Assembly: GCA_030141605.1 (NCBI GenBank)
Contig: JAQGDQ010000034.1
Location: forward strand, 186,001-250,000
DNA length: 64,000 nucleotides
Reading direction: 5' to 3'
From: Tubiluchus corallicola
Taxonomy: Eukaryota > Animalia > Priapulida
The stretch's first letter is position 1. Every line of letters begins with the position of its first letter. Below the pieces are notes generated by a model, which was not told the DNA's origin, did not search any database, and saw nothing but the letters and a program-made list of their open reading frames with translations. Below, piece after piece: positions 10,915 to 24,423 of this stretch. Made by a program: the position numbers and the translations under genes.

Positions 10915-13900
10915 CTAAGTATGCATAGAAGGAACTTCATGACGGAACACGGATAGCGAAGTGTCTTGAGTTCGGGGAGGCAGAACCATGTCGCAGGTGT
11001 ACGACGTTTGATCTGCTGCCGGGAGACTGACAGCAGGAAGTACGGGAACATGCGGGGGCTGCATAAACAGATCCCCTCGGAATACGGTTGGTGCCATTGC
11101 CAGTGTAGGGCGGTACTGCTTATCAATCAGTTGCTCCTGGACCTGGAGATGAAAATTTTGGTGAGGTAATTGTTCACTAGGTAGCGTTGTGCATTTATGT
11201 AGATTGAGGTAACCTGGCTCAGGGAACGAGGTATGACACACCTGGCACACATATGAGTTTTCTGTTGTCGCCACATGTTGGCGCATGTGTTGACTGAGAT
11301 GCTCCTGCTCCATAAAAGCAGATGGACAGAGATGGCACCGAAACGCTTTCTCAAACGTGTGAATGTGCATATGCTGGTTGTAATTTTCATGGTCAGCAAG
11401 ATTAACCTGACAAATAGGGCAACTATACACTGGCTTTTCAGCAGCAGCATGTGCGTTCAAGTGCTGCATCAAGTGATCATGCTCGGTGTATATGGATGGA
11501 CAAAGATGGCAAGAATACGACTTTTCCACCACTGGATGCTGAGAAGCAATATGTGCCTCTAGGTGCTCTTGCTCGACGAAGGCGGCTGGACATGCCTCGC
11601 AGCGAAACCGATATTCGTCTGTCTTAGCCTTGTGAGTGCGCATGTGCTGCTTGAGGTGAGATTGATGACTGAATGCCGCTAAACAGAGTTTGCATTTATG
11701 ATCATACGTTCTCTCCGATTTGACATGCGACCTTTTGTGCTCTAGTAACTGCTGGTCGGTTGTAAATATAGCAGGACACGTGTCACACTTTAGCACTTCC
11801 CCATTGCCAGTGTGAGCCATCATGTGTTTATTTAGGTCACTTTTACGGCTAAAAGCCGCAGTGCATTCCTCACACTTGTAAGGTTTTTGTCCAAGGTGTG
11901 TGATCATGTGCTTCCGCAGTGTACTGGGATCAGCATACGATGCTAGGCACACCTTACAAACACATGGTTTCTCTCCTGAATGAACGCGTGTGTGAATTTT
12001 TAGGTAGGATGCGTAACTAAACGAAGCCTGACATTGGTTACAACTGTAAGGTTTTTCACCTGTATGTTTATATTGGTGAGTTTTAAGATGATAAGGTTGT
12101 GTAAAAGAAGCGTTACAATGAGAACACTTGTAAGGCTTCTCCCCAGTGTGAGTTCTCATGTGTTGCATAAGCGTGTAAGACCGCATAAATGACATCTGAC
12201 ATACAGTGCACTTGTGAGTTTTTGTGCCACTGTGAGTTTGTTGGTGTCGCTTTAGGTCACCTTTCTGTGCAAAAGACACACTGCATCTATCACATTTGTA
12301 AGGTTTTTCTCCTGTGTGGGTACGCTTATGTGTCAACAGGCGATATTTTTGTGAGAACTGTGCATCACACTGGTCACATTTAAAAGGCTTAACAATAGGA
12401 CTGAGACTATGGATCTTCATGTGCTGCTTCATGTTGTACTTGCGAGCAAAGTTTGCACCACATGTAGTACACTTAAATGGTTTCGTCTGTGAATGAGTGC
12501 GCAGGTGCTCCTTTAGGTTGCCTCGTCTGATAAAAGCTTTCTTGCAGTAAGTGCACTTGAAGTTCTTTGTTGCGGAGTGAATAAACTCGTGAGCCCGTAA
12601 TGTCTTCATTTTATTGAAGGCAGAGTCACAAAGTGTGCACTTAAAAGGCTTTTCATTGCCATGCTTAGACTCCATGTGTGCTTTCATGGTTCGCAAGAGT
12701 GGAAACACTGCTGTACACACCAAGCAGCTATACTTGTTTGGCTTCACCTGAAAAAACAACACTAATAATTAGACAGAAATGAATATTTCAATATGAATAA
12801 GGTACAGAAAAACCACAATATTTCACATCAGAGAAAAAATATACCAAACTCTTATCAGACTTTAGGTTTCTCGCAAAACTGGAAGAATCTAATATTCTAC
12901 AGTGCATGGCCTCACACCTAATCTTTCACTCGGTCTACCACAACTTACACAGATTTAAGCAAAATCATATAAGTACCAAAAAATATTATACACTTAAGTT
13001 TTAAAATTTAATGTTTCATGTTAAGTACTACACATAGCCACTTTAAAAGCCAAAGGCCTGTTACATCAAACAAAATCTCTCAGTACATTTACACTCTGTT
13101 AAAAGTAGGCAAAAAATTATGTAAAAATTACCCAAAATGCAAAGTAAGTGAAAATAATGTACATTACTTCATGCAACAAGCTAATAATATTCTTTTTAGT
13201 TGGGAGCTGCGTGCATTTGACATTATTTCAGCTTCTAGGCCAACAGCATGAGGCACTTAAACGTAAATAGCAAACTTAGAAAAATTATTTTAGAGGAATT
13301 TAATAGGTGACTTGGTCTCCTATACACACTAGAAAGGACAAACCATGGACATTGTGTATTCTCTATCTTGATCTACATTAGTTTTCCTAATTATAAATTG
13401 AAATGCAAATGCAAAGTGATTTACAGTCCAGTTACTAGCTCATGCTATTGTGCAAATACATGGGTGATAAGTGAAAACTATGAAAATTTATCAAACCTTC
13501 GACTGCGGTTTCCGAGATCCTTGTTGTTTAATAGATGTCCTCTTGTTCTTTCCTCCCTTTTCATTGTTGTCCGTCTGTGGCTCAGATGATTCACCTTCAG
13601 TCTCAGTTCCTGCATTGACGTTTTCATCTTCTTCACTTGCAGGCTGTGTTTCTACTATGGCAGCAACTGCTTGTGAATTGTCCGGAAATGTTTGGATTGC
13701 CGATGACACGTCACCGACATCAATTAAACTGTCACCATTTTCCTGTAATGCATTCAGTGATACTGTTTCTAATATATTCCATGCATTATTACAATTCCTA
13801 TGATGGAAATAAAAAAAGTTGACAGTTGGCCTGGACTTGAATCAAGGACCTTTGGATTGCAAGTTCCATACCATGACACCTAGACTATACAAACCGTTTT

Positions 13901-16731
13901 GATCCCCGTAGGTATTAAATCGATCCTAACACCAACTGCGGTTATGATCATGTTAGATAGTTGAGACAATGTGGTTTTAAACCAATAAATGTAAGTTAGA
14001 ACGACTGATCATAAATAACCATTGAGTTTTTGACGTCAACCACAAAGTCTATTAGGATATAACAACAATCAGGCTGAAACAGTAAAAGTAATTGCATATA
14101 GTACTATCATAGCAAAGGAGTGAATTTAAATGACATGAATTAATAAATTTCAAATTTTTCTCAAATTAAAAAATGCAATTAAAAAACCATTCTAACTCCA
14201 TTGTCTCAACAATCAAAGGTAATCAAAACTGCCTTTTAGCAAGCTGCAATATGAACAACATCCTCTACTCAACATTTTCAGTTTCATATTACCCACTTAA
14301 CTGACTAAAATAAGATGCATGAGCTTTGACGTTGTTTACTGCGGTTGCTGATTAGATCCTTTACTTCAGAACTTTAATGAGCAGACAACGCTCATGGATA
14401 CTACCTGGATTGCACTTTCATGGACCCTTCTTGTTATTCATTTTAAGTTTTGTTGTTCTGTGTAATTCAATGATAATAGTATTAGGCCTATTATTTAAAA
14501 GAGAACGAAGCCATTTATTGGCACTACTAATAGCCTGGAAACACTGTTTGAATTTTCTCAAGTCACATTTAAATACATAATTTCTAGTTCAAAAATACAG
14601 GAGTAATAACATAAAGACGAAAAAACAAGGCCATTTTTAGTGGCTTGGACAGTGATACATGAACTAAATTTAAGCAGTAATTAGAATATTCGAGATAATA
14701 ATACATCCATTAAAAATTCATCATAATTTAACAGGTATTATGTAAGTGCATTTTCATTCGTGTTATAAGGCAATCTTTTGAAAATTACATAAGCATTCTA
14801 TCACATCCAGTGACCAGTCAAAATATTTTAATTATAAAGAGAAATTTTCTGTGTATTTCCTATTTTACAAATCTCCCATAAAATAAAGAAAGTTAAAAAA
14901 GCAAAAATTTGAAATGTAAAACTTCAAAACTAACTTAAAAAACCTGAGCTTACGTCTTCTCTACTAACAATCACTTCTTGCTGTCCTGGTTCTGACTCAG
15001 CCACAATCTGGATGGTAGCCCTGCTCCACAAATCATGCGGAAGAAAGACGGGCAGGTTTAACGGATCAGGGTTTATTGTAGAATTCGGTTCAACTGGAGG
15101 ATGACTGCCGTTTAACGGATTAGCGTTTATCGTAGGATCTGGTTCAACTGGTCGATGACTGTCAATAGACTTTGGTATTTGTGAATTAATGTGAGCCATG
15201 ATGGCCCGTACATGATTAGCTGCTTCTGTCTGAAATACACAATGCTTTGAATATATACTTAACACAGAAAAATGTCAAATTGGCTTTGGAAGGTATGATA
15301 AAAGATGACAAATCTAATATAATATATTGTTCAGTAATGCCATGAACAGCATAAGTGAAAAGAGCACAGTGATAAAGATTCAGAAACAAAATGAAATGAT
15401 ACCAGATTTTTTTAAAAAATCACAGTTTATTTTTAGAAGAACCCAATAATGTTTTGGGGTGTTTAAACGATAATCACAAACATCACAAATATTTGTAATG
15501 TAATACAGGCATTAAGCAGAGGTAAAAGAAAATGGTTTTAATACAGAAAAAGTACATTTCTATTGGCATTTATTGAATTTATTGCACTTTAAACAAAAAT
15601 TACATCAAATGAAAATTCACTGACATGACGTGTACTCTCATATAGTGAGGTTGAACTAAATTTACTTTTGGATAAACATATAAAAGATGCTCAAGCATAT
15701 AACTGAAAGAAGCAATAAACAACGCTTAGTATTGTGACAAAATAAAACAATTAATTTGCACACAAAAACAATTTATATGTAATTATCCAAACAGCTTCTA
15801 CATAACCTATTTCTGCCAACCTGCAAAAAAAACTGCACTAGTTAAAAATTTACGAGAAATTCCGACAAAAATTACAGTTATATACATTATCATACATTGT
15901 TATCATTGCATAGTTTGTTTGAGAATCAATGCATAGTATCACACACCTTGAAATGAATTTGGATAAATTCAAACTAAATTAAATAGAATTGCAAAATAAG
16001 TTTTCAGACACTTTCTCTAGCATTGTACCGGGTCTTACTACAGACTAAAAACCCATAATAATTTATATTAACTGCTTAGCGGCACAAAGTCGTTGACAAT
16101 CAGAACCCATTATTAATAAAACACCTAATATTTAACCACATAGGCTCCCCAGTAGTAAGAAAAGGCTTTAATAATTACGAAAAATACTGAGCTGCTAAAA
16201 TAGCTATTCATTAAAATTAAATTCAAGCACAAAAATCAACATAAAATGCACGAAAGTCATAATGCAAAAAAAACTATTATATCCCCGAAACGAAGACTTC
16301 CTAGATTAAGATAGTCACATAATACCGTTACCGTCGAAGGATAGAGGTTAAGCATAAATAGCTTATGGACCGCTCCACTCTTCCTTGTTTACTTTATTGA
16401 AATAAAAATGAACAAAATAGGTGGCCACACTGCGATCATGAAGTATAGCACAAGGTTTCCTGTTGTCATTGTGGCAACCTGGGGTCTATATATTTTTCTG
16501 GAATGCATTTCCAGTCTCTATCAAGACGAATCTTAATACCAGTTACAGTCAAAGTATGTGCCACGGCAGCAAGAAATTTTACTTTTTTAAGTAATTACTC
16601 ACGTTTTCCAGTAGCACAGCATTTTGACTATCACACTGCTCTAATGATTTTGCTAACTTCAAAGCCTGTTCCAGCATATCAGTCAATTTTGTACGATTCT
16701 GCATTGTAACAGCCTCCAAACTTTCCGCCAT
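10915..16731 (-). CDS. C2H2 zinc-finger protein, ~827 aa, 17 C2H2 + 1 C2HC fingers
   Basis: Exons 16731-16603 (MAESLEAVTMQNRTKLTDMLEQALKLAKSLEQ..LLEN|GTGAGT), 15229-14954 (cag|TEAANH..VSRED|GTAAGC), 13742-13497 (cag|ENGDSL..KPQSK|GT) and 12747-10915 (cag|VKPNKYSCLVC.., with TGEKPY linkers). All junctions are phase 0. The exon 3 acceptor is the least certain. Confidence 0.9.
13811..13890 (-). mobile_element. tRNA-derived SINE relic
   Basis: Minus strand: tagtctaggtg (A-box-like), ttgcaat anticodon-like loop, gattcaagtcc (B-box-like), then a T-run. The cloverleaf is degraded. Confidence 0.5.
15059..15166 (-). repeat. 54-bp coding tandem duplication in zinc-finger gene exon 2
   Basis: DSHRPVEPDPTINANPLN / GSHPPVEPNSTINPDPLN. 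Confidence 0.8.
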
Positions 16732-17755
16732 GTTTAGCCAACTCGACGAAGCAAAAATTCTTCACCAGAGGGCAGCAGCTATGGACTTTAGATTATACAC
16801 GTATTTTAGGCCTATAACATAAAAGGACCCAGGCTTTTTACTTGGCAAACTAACACAACTAAGAACTGGTTTGTTTTTGTATCAGACGAAATGTAAAACT
16901 TACAATAAGTTTTTTCTCGCATGAAAGCTTAATTATTTTGACAGTTCCAGTAGCACATGTTGCTCATCTCACCCAAATTTGCTGGACTGAACACAATTGT
17001 TCCCTTAGCTGTAAACAGCAATTAAAAAAATTAATAATGCGCCGAAGTGTCAAATGTTATGTTGCTACTGATGTTAGCTGCTATAGGCTGGGTAGCAATA
17101 TGAATTACCTCCAATTTGTATCTACTTGTGTCTATTCATTCTAACTAATTATAGAAAACTTTATAAGCAGAAATGGAAAACATTACAAGCAGAATAATAA
17201 GCACAAAATGCATTAATTTTGTGTACACGTCCATATTGTTGTGAACTGCGAATTAAGTCACTGAGGGTTTGAGTTTAGACAATTTAAATACTGTGAATTT
17301 AAAGTCTGTAAGGAGAGCGCACATAACAGTATTATTTTAAATGCTTGCTTAATTAAAATATGATAAATGCGTTAAGTTACAAAATATTATGTAAAAAATA
17401 CGAAATAAATAATCATTTCAAGTTCAATAAAGCTTAATGTCATTTTAAAAATACGTAGATATCTTTATACTTAGCTAACACAATATTATCATAAATATAC
17501 AAATTATTTAAGTTTTAATAATGTACAACTTTTGCATTATAATTACTCCTTGCATAATCGTGCATGTTGCCTAAGTTTCTGCATCTGTTTGTAAATTCAA
17601 ATAGAAAGTGAATGTATTTAGTTTTAGATAGAACTTTTCAAAAGAAGCCACTTTTGTGTTACAAAAGCTGTTGACAGATGGCGCCAGTATGCGTTTACTC
17701 AACATCGTGAATAGAGTGCTGACTTGACTGCAGCGTAGCGGTGTAGCGTTATGAG
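16732..17755. promoter_or_regulatory. Putative bidirectional promoter region with CTCF-like motifs, and first exon of the + strand zinc-finger gene
   Basis: About 1 kb lies between the minus-gene ATG (16731) and a strong + donor ATGAG|GTAAGT (17755/17756). Motifs: TCACCAGAGGGCAGCA 16762-16777 and TGACAGATGGCGCCA 17672-17686. Confidence 0.55.
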
Positions 17756-20057
17756 GTAAGTTTTTCAGTAATGATTTTAAGTAAACAATTTATCTCAAAG
17801 CTACGGAATGTCTTGGATAGTGTGAATATTATTGTTATGCCCATTTAGTGTTTTAATGTATTGTGATAACTACAGTGTTTAATTGTTGCGTGCGGTCAAG
17901 TTTTGTTGGCGTCTGCTAGGATGAAAGCAATCGGCTGAAACCACTTGTTGCTGCTTCCTCAGGCGCTTCCGTTTCGTTGCTAGCTGGCGCCCTCGGCTGC
18001 AAGAATGATTATAATGCACCAAGTTTGAGAAATGAGGTCATGCACATTCTCTTTCTCCACGGCTGCCTGCCCGCGTTGCTGAAGGCTTAAGTATACCTAC
18101 GCATTACCTGACTGCATTCCAGCGGGTGATATCTTTGCAACCATTGTATGCAGGCTGCATTCATGCCAAGGTCCGGTTTTGTACCTACAGGCTGCAGAGA
18201 GAGAGAGAGCTGCTATGGTATCATCATTGCCGGATTAGCCTTCAGTGTTTGCGTTCGCTTTCTCATTTAGAACAGGAAACGTACAAGGAGGACACGTAGA
18301 AAATTGTTCTAGCTGAAGATTTGGAATTACGCAGTGAGTTAAGAATTTTTCTTTACTTACACGTAGGATTTTTCATTAATTTTGCTTAGCCAATTCTTAT
18401 TTCTTTGAACATTAATTTTTTGGAGTTGATTTTTTGGCAAAATAATTCTAGGCAATTTTTTTAATTTCTGTTATTGATTCACTGATATTAAAATAATGGT
18501 TTTGTTTTAATGGTACGTCCAAACATTTTTTGTATGCATGGCTTCTCAGTTATTTATACCAATATTTATTTTGTCAAAAACAGTTTTTCGTGACAACTTT
18601 TATTATCTGTGTTATCTGTTTCTTAATTTTGTCTTGTTTTTATTTTTATCATTGAATGAGGCTAGTCCTAGTATGGGAAAAACGCAATTTAGTGTTTGAA
18701 TAATTAATGTTACACCAGTAGGGGAACAAATGTTTTATCACTACATTAAACCAATTCTTCGACTTGAGGACGCGGCAAATAAGGTTTAATAATTAATGTC
18801 ACTGGTTTTAAAAATATGATTAAGCGCCTTACGTATGTTGCTCATATTGTGCGTGCGTCTTAAAATATAGGCCTAGATATTGATTATAAATTTCTAACAA
18901 ATGTATTTAACATGTTTTGATCATGTTGTGATGGAAAGACTTTAAAGATTTTTAGGAAAATTACGTCTGTCGTACGTCAATATAATACTGGTCTTTTTGT
19001 TGAGCTGGTTTTCATGGACGTACATGAGAAATAAGAAACAATGCTAACGACTAACCAGCTTTACTGTTAAACAAACGCAATTTGGCCTTCTAAAAGTTGT
19101 AAACGAGAGCGGTAAACCCAATATAAAACATTCTGTAGTTATTTTTGCGCAGTTTTAACCAACTTCTACAGAAAATTGAGAAAAATTGTTTAGCATTATA
19201 TAATAAAGACCCAACAATGTATATATTACGCACCTAGTACTTTGGATTCATAATGATTATACTCGCTATTATTCAGATTAGTTTGCGTTTTTGGTTTTTT
19301 GAAGTCAGGAAGTCATCTCAAGATTTAACATTAACAATGATGTAAGTAAGCCTACAGATGTATGTTTTAAGGTTAATTTCGTACAAATGTTGCACTGGAC
19401 TTTGTCTCCACTGAGCTTCGTTTTGGTGGCCCGTTTACCAAGTGTCAATACAGTCCGGTTCGTACCGTGTCTCAAACAGCTCAAACTATGTTTACAGCTG
19501 TTATCTTATCAGATTCTCACAGTGTTGGCTTCCACGGGCTGACCTAAATCGTGGAGCAGGAATGCAGGGTGTCACGCAATCTGACATTCAGAACCCCCCT
19601 ACTTGAACTCATTTTAGTAGTAAGACTACTCGCAATCCCTGGAAAATTCTGTAGGTGTGGCGAGAGTACGCTGCTGTTCATTTGATTAGTTTTACTCGAC
19701 GGAGCGAGTGGCATCGTGGAATGACACTCTCCCTGTTTTGGAGTCGCCTTATGGGTTTCACTGGTTTCTATGAGCTGACGGTTGAAGCAGCCACGCCCCA
19801 GGTCAGCAAATTTGGCACAGATTTATCGGGGAAAGAGCTTTCATATCTTGAGCGAAGACATTTTACTGTCAAGCGATTGTCCTCTAACATTTGGTTTTTA
19901 GATACGTTTTGAATGAGAAGTCTGGCTCGTCTGGTTGTCATCACTGGTTCACAAACTTTGCGGATTGAAGAAAACTGTCCGAGTCAATTCTTGTTCAAAA
20001 ATTATGGCTTTCAACTTTTTTTGCTGCATATGTTAGTTGTTACTTCACAACTTGCAC

Positions 20058-20402
20058 CCCTAGGTTAATGAAATTATGGGGCCCCACAGACGAAGCCACC
20101 CTCTTATTTGCTCACACTTTTGTCTCGAAAATATTTTTACTTGTGACATATTTTAGCAACATTTGCATAGCTGGAGGCCTCATGTTTCAAATAAAGGGCT
20201 TCTCAGAGGGTCCGTTATCTCTAACAAAGAGCCTCAAACAAGGGTTCTTTGTCTGAAATAAAAGGTCTCAAATGAGGAGCCACTCTTGAATCGGATTTTC
20301 AAACTTCCTGACCTCTTCTTTAAAGTTGAAATTTTAAGTTATATGAATTAAATATCTGCAGCCTATACTAATAATACTAGCCCATAGTGTAATCTTGCCC
20401 TG
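20058..20402. mobile_element. MITE copy 2 (5'-truncated), same family as 8179-8556
   Basis: Shared internal blocks; right TIR taatcttgccctg ends at 20402. Flanked by diverged ~110-bp direct repeats at 19944-20054 and 20403-20518. Confidence 0.7.
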
Positions 20403-23400
20403 CTGGTTCACTAACTTTGTGGATTGAAAGAAATGCGTGCCGGAGCCAAATTTGCTGAAAAAATGATGACTTGGTCCTTTTTTTGATTGCAAATGTTTGT
20501 TGTTACCTTCAGAACTTGAAATTTAAAAAGCTGTAACACATGTAGCAACACGTACAGTCACTTCTCTGCAATATTGTATGCTAAAACTGTCAAATATATT
20601 AATCGGATTATTTTATATTCGTGTAAAGAACAGTAAATGTAGCTGTAATGTTTACTGATGTATGTAACCTGTAATGCTTAGTGAGTAAACTAAATATTAA
20701 AAACAAATTCTAGTTTGCTCACATTGGTTTACTACTAATGCTACGAAACTGCGTAGATACGTTGTATTTTGCTGCGTAATACCGCTGCAGTGTGATTAGT
20801 TGCTGTTTGATAATCCGAACCCCCTGCCGTTGATAAGAAAGGATTCGACTGCCAAACGCCATGTACGTGAAGCACTGCAAAATGTTTGATTCCGTCTACA
20901 GATAAATGTTGCCTTGCTGTATCAGGTTACTGCTGTACGAGAAACAAGTTGTTTTTGCGTGGTATCAGTTGACTTTTCACTCTTAGTGGTTTCCAAACAT
21001 GGCCGTTTGGCGACTTCTGATATGATGTGAATCATTGATTTACATGAGGCTGCGTCTAATTGCGTTTTTTGCAAACGAAGAAGAAAATGTTTGCATAAGA
21101 TGTCGTTCACACTGTCCGCACAAACATAATTATTACTAATAGAATAACTTGCAGTCGTAATAATTCAAGAGTTATTTTGGCAGGCAAAGCGGTATTTTAT
21201 TTGATGCAAACGTTCATATTTTCATTCCCATGAATAGTTTTATAAAAGTTGGTGCTTAAGACGCCATTCATTATACCTACGTACAAGCTGCTTGGCATTC
21301 AAGAATGAGGACGGTTTTTGCATTTTGAAGATATACGACTAATTTCTGATTTAAAAATTAGAGAAATCTGCAGAAGTAAATAGAGGTGACTTGCTCTTGT
21401 TTGGTTTACTTTCTTATGGCAGTGGTGAAAACATTTATACATGCCGAGTGAAAACAATTCCGAAACTTGATACGTTAATAAGCAGCATTATTATGTTATA
21501 AATTGCTGAACGTGCCACTAGGACAAAAACGGTAGATTCCAAGAGATTTCAAGGTGCCTGGCGGCTCTCAGAAAGGGCGTGGCTTCCATCGTTTGCTGAT
21601 TACGTAACCGGGGTTTATCAAGCGAAATTCGTGGGTAAAGAGCTTCACGCTATGCTGCTGAGAGGGATATCTTTGTTCGTGACTACTTCCCGTCTCAAGA
21701 ACACCCAGTGAATATAATGTAACAGCTTCAGTTCAACAATCAGTGTTTCCTGTATGAGTGCGTATTCAGTCCCAGGTGACTACAGCGATTTCCGCTTTGT
21801 TTGCGACGTTATATTGCCTCCAGAGAGTGTACTTCCAATGTTATTACAAGCAAAAATTAATGCTACGGTAATTACGTATAAGTATTTTCTGTGAAGTTCT
21901 GTCTCAGTCTGGTTGCCTGGAGTGGTGCGCTGGAGCCTAGAGGTGACCGTTAACATCGGTTGTTGGGTCTGTGGAATCTGACTTTCACGATGACCCTTCA
22001 TTCACTCGTTCACCTGTCCCTGGTTTCTCTTTTTCCAGATCCTTTGTTCGAGCATTTTTCTAGACGCTTGGGCAGCTGTGCGCAGCGTTTGTAGTTTGTG
22101 CACAAATGCCTGTTGCAAATTCTTTGCTTCCATTTTTTGTGTGAAAGCCATACAAGGCTTTTTCGTTGAAGCCTAGCTGCAGTGTAACACGTTTGCATTT
22201 ATCGTAGGCTATAGTTGCGGTTATTCTAAACAATTTCTGATAACATGGTTAGAAGCACAAAATGCTTAAATTAGCGATAACAGAGAGGAGGCGAGCAAAG
22301 TTAAACAACCCTGAGCCTTGGCGATAAATTGAGGGTGACCGCCAGAAAAGCACCTGGGTGGTTTCATCACCTCTCGGTTTATTCATTTCATTGAGAGGTG
22401 GATGGCTTTTGCCTAAACAAGCTTTTGCGTTAACTCTTCCTCTTTTTCCATTTAGAGGAATATTCACGAAAATCAGTTAGATTCCGGTCCTGTGGCAGCA
22501 AAACAGTTAATTGCTGGATTCCAGCTTGCTGAGTGCTGAATTGTTTAAAATATAGAAGACGGAAAACAGTGGTCGGAAATACAAGTTTTGTCGTGTAGCG
22601 AGTGGTGCCATTGTATAACTGACTCAGAAATTGCACAAAATAAAATTTTATTTAAACAGTTTTTATCTTATGGGTAATTGTTGTTTTTAATTAAGTTTAT
22701 TTGACATTCTGACCATCAAGTGAAATTAGTCATTTAGAACTATAAAGTTGATCATACTAACTTGGCGCATTTTATTATGCTAAAATTAGCCTGCAAATGT
22801 ATTATTATTGTTTTTGTTATTGTTATTATTATTATTATTATTTTTATCATTTCTTATTGCTTAAATTACTACATATAATGTAAGCATAAAAATGAAAATC
22901 ACATTTACATTAAAAATATAGAATCAGATTAAGCCTTATTATATAAAGCATTTAGAAAATGTACTTTATTTTACAATATAAGTATTATTAAGCAATATTA
23001 AGCATTTACATATAATTAAACTAAATACTAGTACATAATTTTCTGAGTGCTGTATATAGCTCATCGCGTACGTGCGGCTGTTCGATATTCAATTCAGTCG
23101 AATATGAAGCTTTTCTGTTTTCTTTTCTTGAGCAGTACAGCTGTACTTCTACCTGCTGCTGTTTGCATTTTGTAGCCATTTTACACACACAGGTATTTCA
23201 TCACTAGGTCATGCTCAGGTGAGAAACACTGTAACAGCTCAACATGTAGTTCGGGTAGAAGCAGGTAATTTTACCTGACCTGATTTTGCGTCGGTTGTTG
23301 TGCAGAAGTTGCTGACTCTTGTTGACTGATCTAATATTAAAGAACATTACACTTAGAGCACCGTAACCATAAGCATTTGTAAAATGTTGTGATCACTCTG

Positions 23401-24043
23401 CATTAATAGCTAATTATTTGATAATTAGTGTTAAGATGATTTAATTAAAAATTTTGGTTCCCTGTCGCGTAAAGTGGTGATTATTTTTATCGTAAGATTG
23501 TGTAACATTTACCCGATACATTGAATGTGTTAAATTGTTTATAATGTCGCTTTGAAGCTTGTTGGCTTATGCGCATGCGCGAGAAGGAAGCATTATATTA
23601 GGTTCATCGGTGGTGATAATATGCGAATTTTTGCGCTTTGGAAGTAGGCTTCTAGCACTAACTGGCAGAGCCCACAGAATATAGGCTTGTGGCAAGATCG
23701 GGGTCTGGCGCACTGCTTTTGATTATAAATAAATTATTTCTTTAAATCGCCCAGAAATTGTGTAGCCCAACGGTCACTCATCCATTTACGTTGTTCAAGT
23801 TCAGTCGTAAAGCACACATTTTGATTACTCAGCTATTTACTCGGCATAAAAACTTGCTAGTAAAAGTAATATCGTGGCTCAAAAAATTAGCGTTATTTGG
23901 CTTGTGGCGAGATCATGGGGACGCAGGCGCTTTAATGACTTTTGTGTGCACGACTTGTAATGCCTCCTGTTGGCAAGGATACGTAAACTGATGCTTCACG
24001 GATTAGAGCTTACCAGTAATATTGAAGCAATTACTCTTTAGGA

Positions 24044-24423
24044 CAGGGGTGTGCAAACTGCGGCCCGCGGGCCACTTGCGGCCCGCCGAGAGATCTTGTG
24101 CGGCCCGCGAAGAGGTTTGTCAACGTAATGAAAGTGCGGCCCACGCGATCTAGCTGAAGTCCGTGCCACGATCCCAAAGATAGTGCAGGTAGTTTTTTCC
24201 TCTAGATCGGATGGCATTAACCCTTACAAGACCGTTGTCACTTAATGTCACTGTCGGACATGACGAAATATATGGTTTTTAATATAAATTTTTTAATAGC
24301 TTCTAAAATAGTTTCTTGAGTGTAGAAGTGTAGTAGTAATGATGTGCGCAAATCAAATGCAAAAAAATCGTTATTAGGTCCCACTGTACTTGGCTCCTTG
24401 GTCAGATAATTTGCACACCCCTG
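24044..24423. mobile_element. hAT-type (Charlie/Buster-like) MITE, 380 bp
   Basis: Perfect TIRs CAGGGGTGTGCAAA / TTTGCACACCCCTG, perfect 8-bp TSD CTTTAGGA (24036-24043, 24424-24431) and subterminal GCGGCCCG repeats. Confidence 0.92.

Noticed and set aside
10902-12496. Several short ORFs overlapping the minus-strand zinc-finger exon (likewise 27677-30128 in the plus-strand gene)
   Set aside because: Shadow and alternate frames of long coding exons.
13811-13890. tRNA gene candidates (also ~35890, ~47950, ~62220)
   Set aside because: Only box A/B or single arms survive, with no complete cloverleaf; treated as SINE relics.
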